Shown piece by piece: positions 24,587 to 37,789 of a stretch of 64,000 nt of DNA (position 1 is the stretch's first letter; each line of letters begins with the position of its first letter). The DNA is from Camelus ferus. Taxonomy: Eukaryota. The position numbers and the translations under genes are program-made. Under the pieces are notes generated by a model that made no database searches, was not told the origin of the DNA, and saw only the letters and a program-made list of their open reading frames with translations. The stretch is from positions 37,634,001-37,698,000 of the forward strand of contig NC_045699.1 in the NCBI RefSeq assembly GCF_009834535.1, in the 5' to 3' direction.

Positions 24587-24967
24587 ATTTTTAACACTTG
24601 CTTATATTCAAGTATAAATCAGTTTCCATATCCTTCCATAAAGCTTCAAATGAAAAATATAAGATGTATATAACCCCACCAGACTTTTCTCAGGGAGACA
24701 GAAACCCAAGCTGTCATTTTTGGTTTAATTTTGGGCATAAATAAACTTTAAAAGCAGGTCAACAGATTCAAATGCCCATAATTAGGTATTCAAATAGCTT
24801 ATGCAGTAATCAAGGTGCACTCTTAAAACTTACCATTTCACAACCAGCCTGCTATCTCCCACATTTGCATTTGTCTATAACATAAATGCTCTGTCCTCAA
24901 CACAGTTAGTCCAAAGCACCAAAATGTTCTCAGTTCTGGAACAAGTTTCCAAGTAAAAAAATATGTA

Positions 24968-25040
24968 TCATCATCATCATCATAACGACAACAACAACAA
25001 CAACAACAACAACAAACAACAACAGCAGCAATAATAACAA
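24968..25040. repeat. Compound (TCA)5/(ACA)n trinucleotide microsatellite
   Basis: Direct reading. Confidence 0.9.
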
Positions 25041-27340
25041 ATCTATTCATAGTAGCGGGACTCCCCCTCCTCCTTACAGGAGATTACATATCAGACTGAA
25101 AATGACTGCAGCATAGCTAAACTTTTACATATAGAAATATACTGCATTGTTTAAATGATTTAGGCAGAAAAAAAGTTTAGAAACTTTGGTTTTTAGCAAT
25201 TTGATTTTACCACCTATGGGTCTGGATCTGAGCTATTTATTCTTATAATTGTAGTTGATTTTTGTTTTCGTCAGTATTATCCCAGAAGGTCTTTGAGGGT
25301 AGAGCTTCTACTCTTCGCATAGTAAATGGATATTAATGTTTTGTCAAATAAAATGAAATTAGACTACACCACAATGAGCCTAGAATGTTTGTCCCCACCG
25401 TGAAAGCCACAACTCTGAACTTGGTTTCTCACAGAGCTTCTTCATTTCCAGTATCCTCAGAGAATAAAAACTTGAGAATAGAGAAAGGTTCTAAATATCC
25501 TGAGCTATCCTTAATAGAATCTGGGCCTTGTCCTCATCCTCATCACTGTTTTAATCCCTGAATTTTGAAAATGGATGGTAGGAATGTTATTCAGAAGCTT
25601 GGATAACATATAAATATGTTTTTCAGTCTTGGGTGAAGTTAGTCACCTGAGTCACCCAAACAGAATTGTTTCTACCCTGATCTTCCTTCCCTTCATGGTA
25701 GAGATAGCATGAATGGGTGACCCAGTTACCAGGGACAGACTGATGTGTGAGAGGATGTCCTTCCTGTCTTTCCAGATGTTGAAGTTTAACAGTTGAGTCA
25801 TTGCTGCTGGCTTAGGCTAAGAACTGGTTTACAGTCTTACTTATATTCATATTTAAATTTGTTTAAAATAATTAATCACAACGATTATTTTCATGAAATC
25901 TGCAACCTGAAGCTATGAGAAAAAAAAAAAGAAATCTCCTGAAACAAAAAAATAAGTACCTCTATTTCAAATCTATTGCCAATGGCACTCTGCTGTACTG
26001 TTAAATTTTAAATTAGAGGATTTCAGAGAAAAAAATAGAGTGTAGAGATCATTTATTTATTATTCCTTCCTTCATTATTGGCACTGGGTTCTACCAGCCT
26101 AGTTCATTCTGCTTTTATTGAGTGAATTTCAAAGTAATATTTTATCAAATGTCATGTATTTATGTAATTAGCATAATTATATGTAAGTGCATAATTACTG
26201 TAAATACATGTAATTACATTATTATAGTATGCAATAATCTTGTAAAAAAGCTTTTTCTAACTTTACAAGCCAAAACATGTGTATTGTGCAAGCATATTAG
26301 ATAATTTTTGATACTCAGTATCTTTCTCTTCTTAATTGACTTAATCATAATACCAAATCTTAATATGTGTGTTTGAAAGATAATGTTATCTTTATTTTTG
26401 GCAGCTGTTTCATAGTTTTCTTCTTCTTCTTTTTTTTAATTTTAAAGAAGACAAAAGACCCTGGAAAAGAAAACATTCTTTCTCCTTCAGTGTAGGTTAG
26501 TATATAGAACAAGCAAAATCATCCCAATAGAGAATTTTCTGTCGAGATAACCAAATGTGAGGCAAAAATTAAGATATTTTAATTTATGTATAGCCTCAAA
26601 AAAACACTTCCCATTCATGCATTTTCAGAGAGCTTTCTGGGAAATATACATCCTCAGGCAAGAGCAAAAACCAAGAAAGAGGAAGACACAGGATCCAGAA
26701 AGCTGAGAATTCACCACTGAAAAAGGAGGAAGAATTATTGACAAAGCCCACATAAAGACCCAGCTGATGGGTCTTTGTACAGCTGATGTAAAGACCAACT
26801 GAACCATGTTAGAGAAGCCACTAGGGCACTCCAATAAGGATAGCTCCAGGTCCAGATTTAGCCATGTAAAAATGTGTGTTAAGAGATGTTTTACCGAATT
26901 ATTAGAGGATTGAGAGGATTTAATTAGGTATTAAAATTATGTAGATAAAATATTAAAATAATTACTAACCAGAAAAAGTCAAAGTTGTAAAAGAAAAGAA
27001 ACAGGAAATGTATGTGTAGCATAGAATTATAACTCATCAGTAATCAATACTATCAGAGCTCTAAAACTGAAATGAGCTAACAGAGACTTAACCAAAAAGA
27101 TCAGTACATATAGCGATAATGGCAGGTAAGGAAAGAAGAAGCGTAAGGTAGTTAAAAATCTTCATTTACAATATAAAGTACATAGGTAATGCCTAATACT
27201 AAGGGATCTATAGGTAGAAATACATTCTTATCATTTAGAAATATGTTGGTAGAATCCAGAAATATTAACTAAAACATTCGTAACTGACTGGCACTGCAAA
27301 GTGCAGATATATTCATTTATACCCCTTTAAAAATATTAAC

Positions 27341-27398
27341 TTTTATGTAAATAATATTATGTAATTACGTAATATTACATAATATTATTTACATAAAA
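27341..27398. repeat. Perfect 25-bp inverted repeat with 8-nt spacer
   Basis: ttttatgtaaataatattatgtaat (27341-27365), spacer tacgtaat, attacataatattatttacataaaa (27374-27398). The arms are exact reverse complements. Confidence 0.97.
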
Positions 27399-29944
27399 TA
27401 CTTCCATAAAAATTTTAAATAGTTTAATAAATTCATATCACATTAAAAAGAGAGTCAATTAATAATGTCCTTGAAATTGAGGTAATTTACGTTAGAAATG
27501 TTTAGTATCGGGAAATTAAATTAGATTTGGCTAAACAGCCAGCTCAAACGCCATGTCTTCTGTGAAATGTTTCCTCATTCTTGTAGGCAGTTAGCCACTC
27601 CCTCTTATGCTACCACATAACTAGGCTTCAAATCTTATTTTTATATATTTAAAAAACATTTTTAACGTAAGTCTTCCTGACCAGAATATAAGCTTCTCCA
27701 AGGCAAGAACAAAATGATGTTTACTTTTATTTCCTTAGCATGAGACATAATGCCTCCACAATCAATGTCTGTTAAATGAAGAGATGAATAGATAGATGAT
27801 GAATATATGATTACTAGATGATTGATAGATTGATTGATAACCTTATGGTGGACTACATAATGCAAGATGCTATAGTTCGTATTTGTTCTAATATAGAGCT
27901 GAAATGAATATTGATTTTTCTAAGGCAGGGTTTTAATGTAAAATGCAGACTTTTTAATGTGGCAGGTTATATGTGAAGTATTTTTAAAGTATGAATATGA
28001 TTGAGTTGGCTGAGTTTCATGTGTGCAATTAGTTTCTTGTTCCAAATATGTCAAATTATTCAGTGATTGCCAAGATCACACTTAGTAACATGCCCTATAG
28101 TAAAGATTAAGAACTCTTATTCATTCCTCTGGAGCCAATGAGCATGGCAGTGCAAAGTTAAATTCCATGTGTACGTCCAGGAAGAGAATGGCATAAGGGC
28201 AATGCTAATTACTTCATAATCCAATCAAGGAGGTATAAATACACCCTAGCTAAGATCTCATGTATATGAAAATTTGAAAATATTGACCTTCACTATATCA
28301 GAAAGTGGAGCTAAAAGGAAACTCTGAGACTTGTAAAAGCAAACAACCTATTAAAAGTGAACAGTGTATTTATATCTGTTAGGAAGATACCACTTTTAAT
28401 GAACAAAGTACAGAAGTATTTAGGAATTTGTACAGGAAATTTCAGAGAGATGGTAGTAAAAATATTTCATTTATTTAAAAAAAAAACTCTACTAGTACCA
28501 TAGAACAGTCTTGTTTTGATACAGCCTTCGAGTGTCAGATAATCTAGTATATCCATATTCCTGATGACCAAGAACTTGCTGTTGAATTAAGAGGCTAAGG
28601 GCCAGTCTGGCTCATCTAAGGAAGAATAATTTTTTGTTTGTGTTTTGAGTGTTTTAAAATGAAACAAAATTAAAATAAAAACTTTTTTCCTGTCTTCAGA
28701 GTCACCTATATGAAATAGCAAGAAGCAATTTAAAAACCATTCATTCATAATATAAAAGTATCATCAACACCAGGGATTGCCAATTGGAGTGATAATGAAG
28801 ACTATTTTCACACAATGGAAGTTATTTCAGTATTCTTTCCTTAGCTGCCTGCTGTTTCTGGCAGTTCACATTGTCAGCAAAGTTAATGCTAGATGTGGAA
28901 CTTTATCCCTTCTTTTTAAATTAAGTCCATAAAGAGACAAATAACTTAGAACGAATAATCAGTCCTTGCTCAGAAAGTAGGGAGCAATGACTTCTGCAAT
29001 GAGAAAAAAAAAAATCTTACGGGCAGTTTGATCACTTGAAGTGATCCTCATAATCCAATCCAACTTTTCTCTGATCTAATAGAAACATTTTTAAAATACA
29101 GCAAATTAACCATTAACAATTTAAGTCCTAAAATCACCACACATTAAATGCAAAGTAAAACTGCACTTTTCACGTCAAAAGTTAGGTCAAAGATGGTGGG
29201 AAAAAAATTGATCTTTGTGTCCATGTCCTTCTTCTTTTGTGATAATGGTTGATTAAAACAGTCTGTTTCTCTACTTTAAAGTACAGTATAATAACAATAA
29301 CATGCTCTCTCACTACATCGTACACACATCCAATTTTTAAAGGAGTTACTGGCAATGGGAGTTGTGATTTTTGAAATAACATCAAATTTTGCTTTACCAA
29401 ATGCACCATAGATTTTACAGTGAATGCTCTCACCTTCAAAGCAACAGAACTGCTATGATTTTTTTTAAGAGGGGCCATTTTCTTTTGCAATTTGTTTTTG
29501 AGCCAGTTTAAAAAAACTCATACATTTAGTCTCATTACCTTAAAGAAATTTCTTTGGAGTTAAAGCCAGGCTACTTGAATTTTTACCCATAAATTTTACC
29601 CATAAATTTGGCTCTCAATGGCTAATGTCTGTTTCCAAAAAACAAATCCAACTTCAAATCATGATTTTTCCATCAACCTGAGGTATTAATAACATGCGCC
29701 ATGGGATCTTAAAGGCACTAACCTAAGAGATACTCTCCAAACTGTCTTGAGCAGTGAAAACATCATTGAAATATTTCCCTGCATTCCAAAATAACTGCTA
29801 TAATGAGGTCAATGTTTATTACAAAATCTTAAATTTGTCACATTTGAAAAACAATCATATTATGTAAAAGTCACAAACTCATGAGAATATACTGTCCGTT
29901 CCTTCTTTCATTTACTCTGAGTGAGCATTTTAAAATCCAAATTT

Positions 29945-30405
29945 CTTACTATGGTCTAGAAGATCTGCCCTCAGTTTTCTTCTCTGACCTCTGCTCACTT
30001 CTTCTATTCCAGATACACTGGCCATTTTCAAAACCACATCAAACATAACTTCTTTCTCTGGCCTCTGACTGCTATTTCCTCAAAATGGAATGCTCTATCA
30101 ATAGAAGTTTTCAAAGCTTGACTTTTTCCTGTACCCAGATCACTAATCAACTGTCACCAGATCAGAGAGCCTCCATGATCACCCTACCAAAATACCTCTA
30201 CCCCTTATCTATCTTTATTTTCTTCTTACTACCACATGATATCACACTGTCTGTTTGCTTATTATTTGACTCCTACACAAGAATGTAAGGTACATGAGGG
30301 CAAGTGGTTTATATGTTTTGTTCACCACTGAATTCACAGTGCCTGAAACAGTTTATGGCATGGCAAATGCTCAAGAAATATTTGTCAAATACTGAGTGAT
30401 GAACA
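29945..30405 (+). mobile_element. L2 3' fragment
   Basis: gaatgtaaggtacatgagggcaag...cagtgcctgaaacagt...atgctcaagaaatatttgtcaaa. Confidence 0.75.
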
Positions 30406-30419
30406 GAATAATGTAATCA

Positions 30420-30900
30420 GTGCCTCCTTACCCTGTTCTAGATGGGGGACAGGGAAAGGAGGAGAACACTCTTTTTTCAAGGAGCTCACAATCTATTAGG
30501 AGGGATAGACATGTAAACAAATAGTCACAACAAGTAGTTTTAAGGGTAGTAAAAGTAACATATCACACAGTATATGGCACAAAAGAAACAAAGAGCTCTG
30601 AACAGTCAATGAAGTTTCCATGGAGAAAGATAAATTTTGAGATGAGTCAAGAATCAACTGGATTTTAACAGTCAGAAAAAATGAAAAAAAAAATTCCAGA
30701 AAGAGCAAACAGGTCAATCCAGTTTAACACATTTACAGAGCACTTACCAGACAGCAGGCACTATGCTAAACACCAACCAGATAAAATAAGTAATGCCAAT
30801 GATCCTACGATACTTTGGGTGGATAAACAGGTAAATAGTTTCATAAATGTAAGAAGAGTTTTGAGAGCAATATGCACGGTGAACTCAAAGAGGAGAACTG
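30420..30900 (-). mobile_element. Fragmented L2 relic(s)
   Basis: ttcaaggagctcacaatcta; catttacagagcacttaccagacagcaggcactatgcta. Confidence 0.5.
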
Positions 30901-33469
30901 GTTGCTTCCCTTAAGAAGGACATAGCTTTCCCTATTTCATTAACTGTTTGCCTCCACATGCCAGAGAGATTCTGTCTTCCATGAAATCATCTTAAATGGC
31001 AAGAGACAAGTCCCGTGGGAAGAAGTCTCAAGTGCTGAAGAAGAATAAAGAGATGATACAGAAAATACTGTCTAGAGTTCGCTTCTGGCTAGACTGCCCT
31101 TCATAGGAAAAATAATTATTATTCATCAAACAGTTTAAGGCTTTAAAAATAGTCTGATGTTAACTAGTGATATGGTGATATCAAATATGCCAATAGTTCT
31201 CAAGTCCATGCATAATTAATTTGGGGAAAAGGAAAACAATAGGATATACTGTATTTCTTCTAATTTTGGTAAAAATTACTGGTCTCTATTCTTCAGTGCT
31301 ACTCACAAAGATCTGTAGGAAAAAAAATAACTTATCCTTAAAATAAGTCATAATTGTATGATGTTTAAAGTGGGGGATTACAAAAAGGTTTCAACATATA
31401 TTTAAAACAAAGTGATAATCTTTATCTACTTAAAAATAGAAGATAGAGATGTTCAATGAAATGATCTATAAATGGGTTTAGTGGCTCATTTTTTCTTAGA
31501 ATAGTAATATTCTTCATAGCATCTTTTGTATACCTGTACAAATATAGGATAATAGCATTATACTTGGATCAACAAAGTTAATACACAGACAAACTGCTTC
31601 ATGACAAATATGCTTCACATAGAATAACTGAGCATGGCTATGAAGTAAACAATTAAACTGATTTTTTAACACACTGAAATCTCATTCAGAGGCATAGCAT
31701 AGGATGGCAAAAAGAGACAAAACTACACATTTCATGAATATAGTCTCATGGATGAAAAATGGTTTAAAAATCAAACCTAAGATACAATTTCAGTTTTTAG
31801 TCAGTACCTTTATCAGTTATCTACAAAGAGCTGATGACACAACTTGTCAAAAAGACTACTTAATTGAAATTACTATTTCACGTATTAATATCAGTTATAC
31901 GTAGAATCAATTGTACCCATTCTCATGAGTACTTTTCAACTCTTGAGAAAAATGTACTCTCCATGAGAATAACATACTAGGCCTCCCTAAGAATCTAAGT
32001 GGAAACAATTGACCACAGAGTCATTCTTGGTCCCTAAAACTCCAACCTAGAGTCATAGTCTTTCTGACAAGTGTCACAATCCAAATCTGAACTATGCTTT
32101 TAGAACGGCTTCACATGGACAGACTTCTTGAGTGTCATAACTAGCTTGCCCAAGATATCATAGGAGTCATAGTTTAAGTCACTCCTATGATTGTTTTCTT
32201 GATGTTAGGACTGTGTCTGTTTTTCCATAGACCTACCCAGACTCCTCCATTTGTTTTCTAACCCTTGCTTGTTGACTTTTCTGTCTGCAATTGTGACTAC
32301 TTACCTTGCTCTGTCCCTTCAACTTCTGCCAAAGCCCTAATTGCTGATTAATTGCACAGACTTTAATCCTCTAGTTTTCCCCTCTCTGAATTGTTTTTGA
32401 TTTGCTCCATGGTCTCTAATTCACTTCTATCTTCATCATCTTCCTCATCCAACCCTTTAAACACTCAAACCTGATGTAAGTAGGACTTAATGAGCATTGT
32501 CCAATATTAGTTCAAACTATGGTTAATAATCACACACCTGATATAAAATGCAAACCTGAAAAGTAATACTTATGGAGCTCAAGGTTGGCTCTAGTTTCAG
32601 GGAGGACCTTCCCCATTATTTACATTTTTCAAAAATTACACATTCCCAATCCTTCCACAGGTATCCTTTTCCAAAATCTTCTTTTTAATTGATCTAACCT
32701 GATCAGGCTTCTGCTTTCTGCAAGCAAATAAGCTTAAATAAAACATTTTTGAAATGAGGATTATATTACATTGAAATTATCATCATGAATTCAAATGAAA
32801 AAAGAATGTTTAAATTCACAATAATCCTGGTTGTAATGGCCAAGAATAAAGATGCCAATCCATTTCATGATAATAACCTCTCCCAGATTATGTGACAGTA
32901 GATCAAAAATATTATTTTCTTAATTATACCAGTGTATGATAGATCCTCACTTCCACCCTTAAACTTTCTGGTCTATGTGTAAATTCTCTATGCTTTCTTT
33001 TTTACTTTTATAATCAGAAATAAATACTGAATTGCTCTGATTTTACATGGGCCATCCATGGTGCCATATAAGCAGCTGCACTTCCCTCACAAACCATGCT
33101 GAACAAGAAAAGTCCAGATTCCAGACAGTGTTGACTGCTGCCAGCATTTGTTCAGGACTGATCTTCCACTGGCTCTAATCCTGTCACTTCCCCATGGCCA
33201 CTCCTTGCTCTCTGGCTTCTGTTGAAGATGTTGGGCTCCTTCTACTTACTAGTAGCTGTATTCTTCATTCTGATGTTATGTGTCACTTTCTGGTCTGGTC
33301 TAGTCCCCACCTGAATCTCAACTCTGCCATTTCCATAGTTTTAACGTGATGTGTAACTTGGGGCAAAAGATCTCATTCTGGCAGTTCTGGTACTGAGGCC
33401 CTTACTCAGACTGAACTACTACAAGCTACCCTCACCACTAGGGACATGGATTTGGTATTTGGTAATTTC

Positions 33470-33892
33470 CTGAGTGAACAAACTATATGAAAAATGCCTA
33501 TCGACGAAACAGGCAAACAAATCGTGGCACATCTATACAATAGAATACTACCTGGCAATAAAAATGAATAAATTATTGATAAATGTTACAACAGATAAAT
33601 ATCAAGAACAGTTTGTTGTACTAAAGAAATCAATACAAATGATTCTATTTATATGAAAGTCTAGATCAAGTTAAACGAAACTATGGTTACAGAAACCAAG
33701 TTGCCTCCAGTACTGAGGGAGAAGGAGGGACTGGAATTGACCGAATATGGTATGAGGAAACATTGCGGAATGAAGAAATGTTCTATGTCTTGATAGGGGT
33801 GTGGGTTAACTATGAATATGTATTTGTCAAAATTCATAAAATAGTATATATAAAATCTGTGCATTTTGTTGAGTTTAAGACGTATCTCAATA
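33470..33892 (+). mobile_element. Old L1 (L1MD/L1ME-like) 3' end
   Basis: aaacaaatcgtggcacatctatacaatagaatactac...tgattctatttatatgaaagtctag...aatgttctatgtcttgatagggg...tctcaataa. Confidence 0.75.
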
Positions 33893-35662
33893 ATGCAAGG
33901 GCATATTGTTACAAGAAATCCATGTGAATAAGTTTTGCTATTTTATTCAGTTTTCAAAACAATATGTCTACCTTGTTTGCCAAAATAGGAACATGTTAAT
34001 CATTCCTACTTGCAACAAAATAAAAATATCTTACCAGATGTATTTTGGACATAAATATTTTTATATTATTTTTACAGTAATACGTACCTCAGGGTGTATT
34101 TACAAAATCTCTATTCTTAACTTTATATTACTGAGTATTCCTTATTAAATCATCAATTCTGTACTTACTAAACAATGGTTTATCCAGTCAATAAGCATGA
34201 CATGTCCTGCTTGGTATTTCACTGGAAACCTCTTTAACGGCTCTTTTTTTTTTTTTTTTTTAAGAGGAGGAGGAATTCCATTTTAGAAGTTTTCATACTG
34301 AGAGATTTATTGAGACAGATCAGACGACAAAATAATGTTTTAATTTAGAACACTGAGACTTTTTAAACCAGTCACTTCAAAGTAGACCCTTTTCTTGCTT
34401 CAAAGCAGTGCTAATAAGGGATGTATCAAAGCAGGTTGGGAGCAGTAATAGGCATGTTTTCAAATGGCATCTTTAATTCCTGCATATGGCTGACTTTAGT
34501 GATCGGAGGAAGTATTACAGCACTACACTATAACTCAGTAGGCACTTGCATCGGAGGTCTTAATCTAAGCCTTAAAAAAATGAATAATCATTTTCCTTTC
34601 CCCTCTGCATATGGTAAATCACTAACTATATATGGATGACTGGTCATGGTGGGAAGTAGTCACATGATAATAATAAAAAATTTATATCACTGCAAGGGAA
34701 AAATAGCTCTTAAAGCTGCTTTCTTGTTCTGCAACAATTGAAGATGAGGCTATATATTGCTCTCTAGAGTATTCATGCATGACATCAGTCTTTAGATTAT
34801 TAGCAGCATATATCATTAGCCATTGAAAGGTCATGTAGGATGGTCCAAATGTCAGAATGAGAGTGGCAATATGAACTTATTATTCTAACAGACTGAGTCC
34901 AGTCTGTCTTTGGGGCCTTTTACAAGTTTAAGTAGAAAATGGTTTGACTGTGCTTATTCATACCTCTTAATCAATGGTTCCCTTCTGGATATTTTTACAT
35001 TTAGGTGGAAAATCTTTTAATTTGAGCTAACTTATGGAGAAAAGGCAAATAAACATGAGGGCTTGGGTCACTGGAGGTGTGTGCTCACCCTTGCCAGTGC
35101 CAAATGACCTTTGTATACAAAATACTACCAAAGTAACTGGTCACTCTGGACTTCCTTCTTCTATAAACGTTCACAGATGTGTTTACCATAAATTTAGGAC
35201 TCATGCTATATTATAAACACCTACTTTTTGGATTTTTCTCAGTTAGACTTTTACAGTTTTACACTTTCTGAAGTCAGTGCCAACCTCTCGTTTTCACTCA
35301 GTACTTCCAAGTTCTCTTCCTTTCTTCGCCTCATTTAAGGACTATACAAGAAATTACGAAATATACTAGTAACTTTTCATTTAAATCAGCATTTATGAAA
35401 ATGTGCTCCTTGGAGTTCCATGTGCCTGGGTGTCCTAGGCAGCCCTGAGGTGTGCAGAGGGGGATGCTTTAGGTGATCTCCTCGTCAATGAGAGCTCTGT
35501 GCCTTACCTTTCTCAGAGAGAGAGTTTCAATGTGACATTTCAGCTAAGAAGCATTTCTCCTGATGAAATATATTTGAAACCACTACAGTAAGTAATGTAG
35601 CAGGAGTTTCTAAATTTGGGAGGACCTGAAATTTAATTGTCCGAAATTATCATTATTTTCCC

Positions 35663-36141
35663 CGTATTAATTTCCTATAACTGTTGCAACAAATGACCAT
35701 AAATACTTTGTTGCCTAAAGCAACACAGATTTACTTGCTTACAGTTCTAGAAGCCAGAAATCCAAAGTTAGTTTCATTAGGCTAAAGTTATGATAACGGC
35801 AGGGTGGTTTCCTTCTGGCAGGGCAGAATCCATTCCTGGCCTCGTCCAACTTCTGGTGGCTGCTGGCATTCCTTGGCTTGTGGTCACTTCACTCCAATTT
35901 CAGCTTCCCCAGTCACATCGACCTCTCTTCTTCTGTGTCAAATATTACTCTGCCTTCTTCTTTTAAGGGCATTTGTGATTACATTTAAGGGTGCACCTGA
36001 TTAACCCAGAATAATCTTCCCATTTTAGGATCATTACCTTAATGATATCTGCAAATTCCCTTTTGCTATATGAGTTAGCATTCACAGATTCCAGGGATTA
36101 GGATGCAGGTATCTTTGGCGGCCATTATTTAACCTATCATA
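35663..36141 (-). mobile_element. MaLR solo LTR (MLT1C/D-like)
   Basis: gtattaatttcct...cttacagttctagaagccagaaatccaa...ttcacagattccagggattagga...cctatcata; degenerate 5-bp TSD ttccc/tcccc. Confidence 0.85.
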
Positions 36142-36309
36142 TCCCCCAAGGCTAATTAATTTCCTTAAATAAAAAGCAGAATACATATAGGGAGTGGGGA
36201 AGGGGTTGTTAATGGTAGTAGCAGCAATGGTAATAATAGTAGTATGAAAAATTTGTATAATTATAAAAATTGTTGTAGTTCCAATGGTATCAATGGTATT
36301 AGTAATAAC

Positions 36310-36535
36310 ATCAGGTATAGCTGCTCCCATTTTTGAGCACCTACAATATGCCAGGCCCTTTACAAGATTCTTAAATTTGTATGTCATCTAATCTTCAAAA
36401 CTGTCCTAGGAGAAAGGTACCGTGTTATTTTATTATTATCCCCAATGCCCTGATGAAGAAACTGAGGCTGAGGTCATTAAATTGCTTTCAAGAACTCACA
36501 CCCCTAGCAGTTGGCAGAGCCTGAATTTAAATACA
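36310..36535 (-). mobile_element. MIR SINE
   Basis: ttgagcacctacaatatgccaggc...gatgaagaaactgaggct...ggcagagcctgaatttaaa. Confidence 0.75.
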
Positions 36536-36840
36536 AAAAAATAGGATCTCAAAATCTAGACAATCCATTGCATCCTTCTGATACTTATGGCCACAACAAT
36601 AGTATGTCTTCTAACGTAATTAGGACCCTATTACTTCTAACTATGAAAAGAAATTTGAAAGCTTTGCTGTATTAAAATGAGAACTTTTTGAATAATGAAC
36701 ATCTCCATAAAGACAATTAGAATAGCAATAAGCCATGAGGAAATATTTTCCCCCAAATTAAGATTTAATATCTTTAATATATAAAGAACTACAAATGAAG
36801 GAGAGAGAATACAAATAACTGTTTAAAATTGCTTTTGCTT

Positions 36841-37397
36841 AAGATAGTACAATTAGGTGGTCCAACAGATCTCCAGAATGTACACACCTCGCATAACTGA
36901 AACTACACCCATTGAGTAGTGACTCCCCATTAGCTCCTCCTTCAGTTCCTAAAAACCACCATTCTACTTTTTGTTTGTATGGTTTTGGCTACTCTAAGTG
37001 TCTCATATAAGTGGAATCATACAGTATTCATCTGTTTGTGACTGGTTTATTTCACTTAGCATAATGTTCTAAAGTTTCATCCATGTTCTAGCATATGTCA
37101 AAATTTCCTTCCTTTTAAAGACTGAATAATATTCCACTACATGTGTATACTAATATCGCTTATGCATTCATCAGTCAGTAGACACGTAGGTTGCTTCCAT
37201 ATTTTAGTTATTGTGATGAATGTGAGAGTGCAAATATTTCTTCAAGAACCTGATCTCAATTCTTTTGTATGTATATATACACATGTATACATATATACAC
37301 ACACACACACATATATATATACTCAGAAGTGTGATTGCTGAATTGTATGCTTAAACACTTAAAAGACAGTAGATCTCATGTTAAATGCTCTTATTAA

Positions 37398-37452
<55 letters not shown>

Positions 37453-37457
37453 TAGTA
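36841..37457. mobile_element. L1MA9/L1MB1-like insertion with 5' inversion (inverted ~36850-37345, sense 3' end ~37342-37397, (AAT)n tail)
   Basis: An antisense L1 3'-UTR segment is joined to the sense L1 terminus (gtagatctcatgttaaatgctctta) and an A-rich tail. TSD-like aagatagta (36841-36849) / aatatagta (37449-37457), preceded by TT|AAGA. Confidence 0.75.
37398..37451 (+). repeat. (AAT)18 microsatellite derived from an L1 tail
   Basis: Direct reading. Confidence 0.95.
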
Positions 37458-37789
37458 TTCGGAATACTTATATCTATTGCTCCTTGAAAATCTTATAAAA
37501 ATTACTGAAAAAAATACAAAAGGCAAATGATACCAAAATTCTGGAAAAAAACTGAGTGACTGTATCTGTTGGCGTTATGTCAAGAAAAGGAAACCATATG
37601 AGCTATTTTAATAGATAACACAGTGAATTTGCTATACAGGTGTTAGAAGGCAGAAAGAGCTAAGGGGATTCTGAGCTAACACAGATATTAGTAACTGCAG
37701 GAAGCAGTTAAAATTCCTAGGGCTGAGAACATAAAAAGGAAAAAGAGGTAAAGTTATCAAAACCTAGGAGATTGGAAAAGAAACCCCTC

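Noticed and set aside
24166-24673. ORF-track entries of 119 and 143 aa
   Set aside because: They span the second N gap; the flanking peptides are unrecognisable.
26410-26480. Minus-strand acceptor followed by GLLSSLKLKKRRRRKL* (NLS-like)
   Set aside because: The basic run comes from a low-complexity (TTC)n/T tract.
26815-26835. CCACTAGGG CTCF-like words here and at about 15695 and 33436
   Set aside because: They miss several core positions; too weak.
30996-31106. 36-aa basic smORF MARDKSRGKKSQVLKKNKEMIQKILSRVRFWLDCPS
   Set aside because: No promoter or splice support and no recognised homologue; expected by chance.
32305-32470. Minus-strand exon-like unit with a perfect AAG|GTAAGT donor and an acidic stretch
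   Set aside because: Stops in all three frames and probably within an old repeat.
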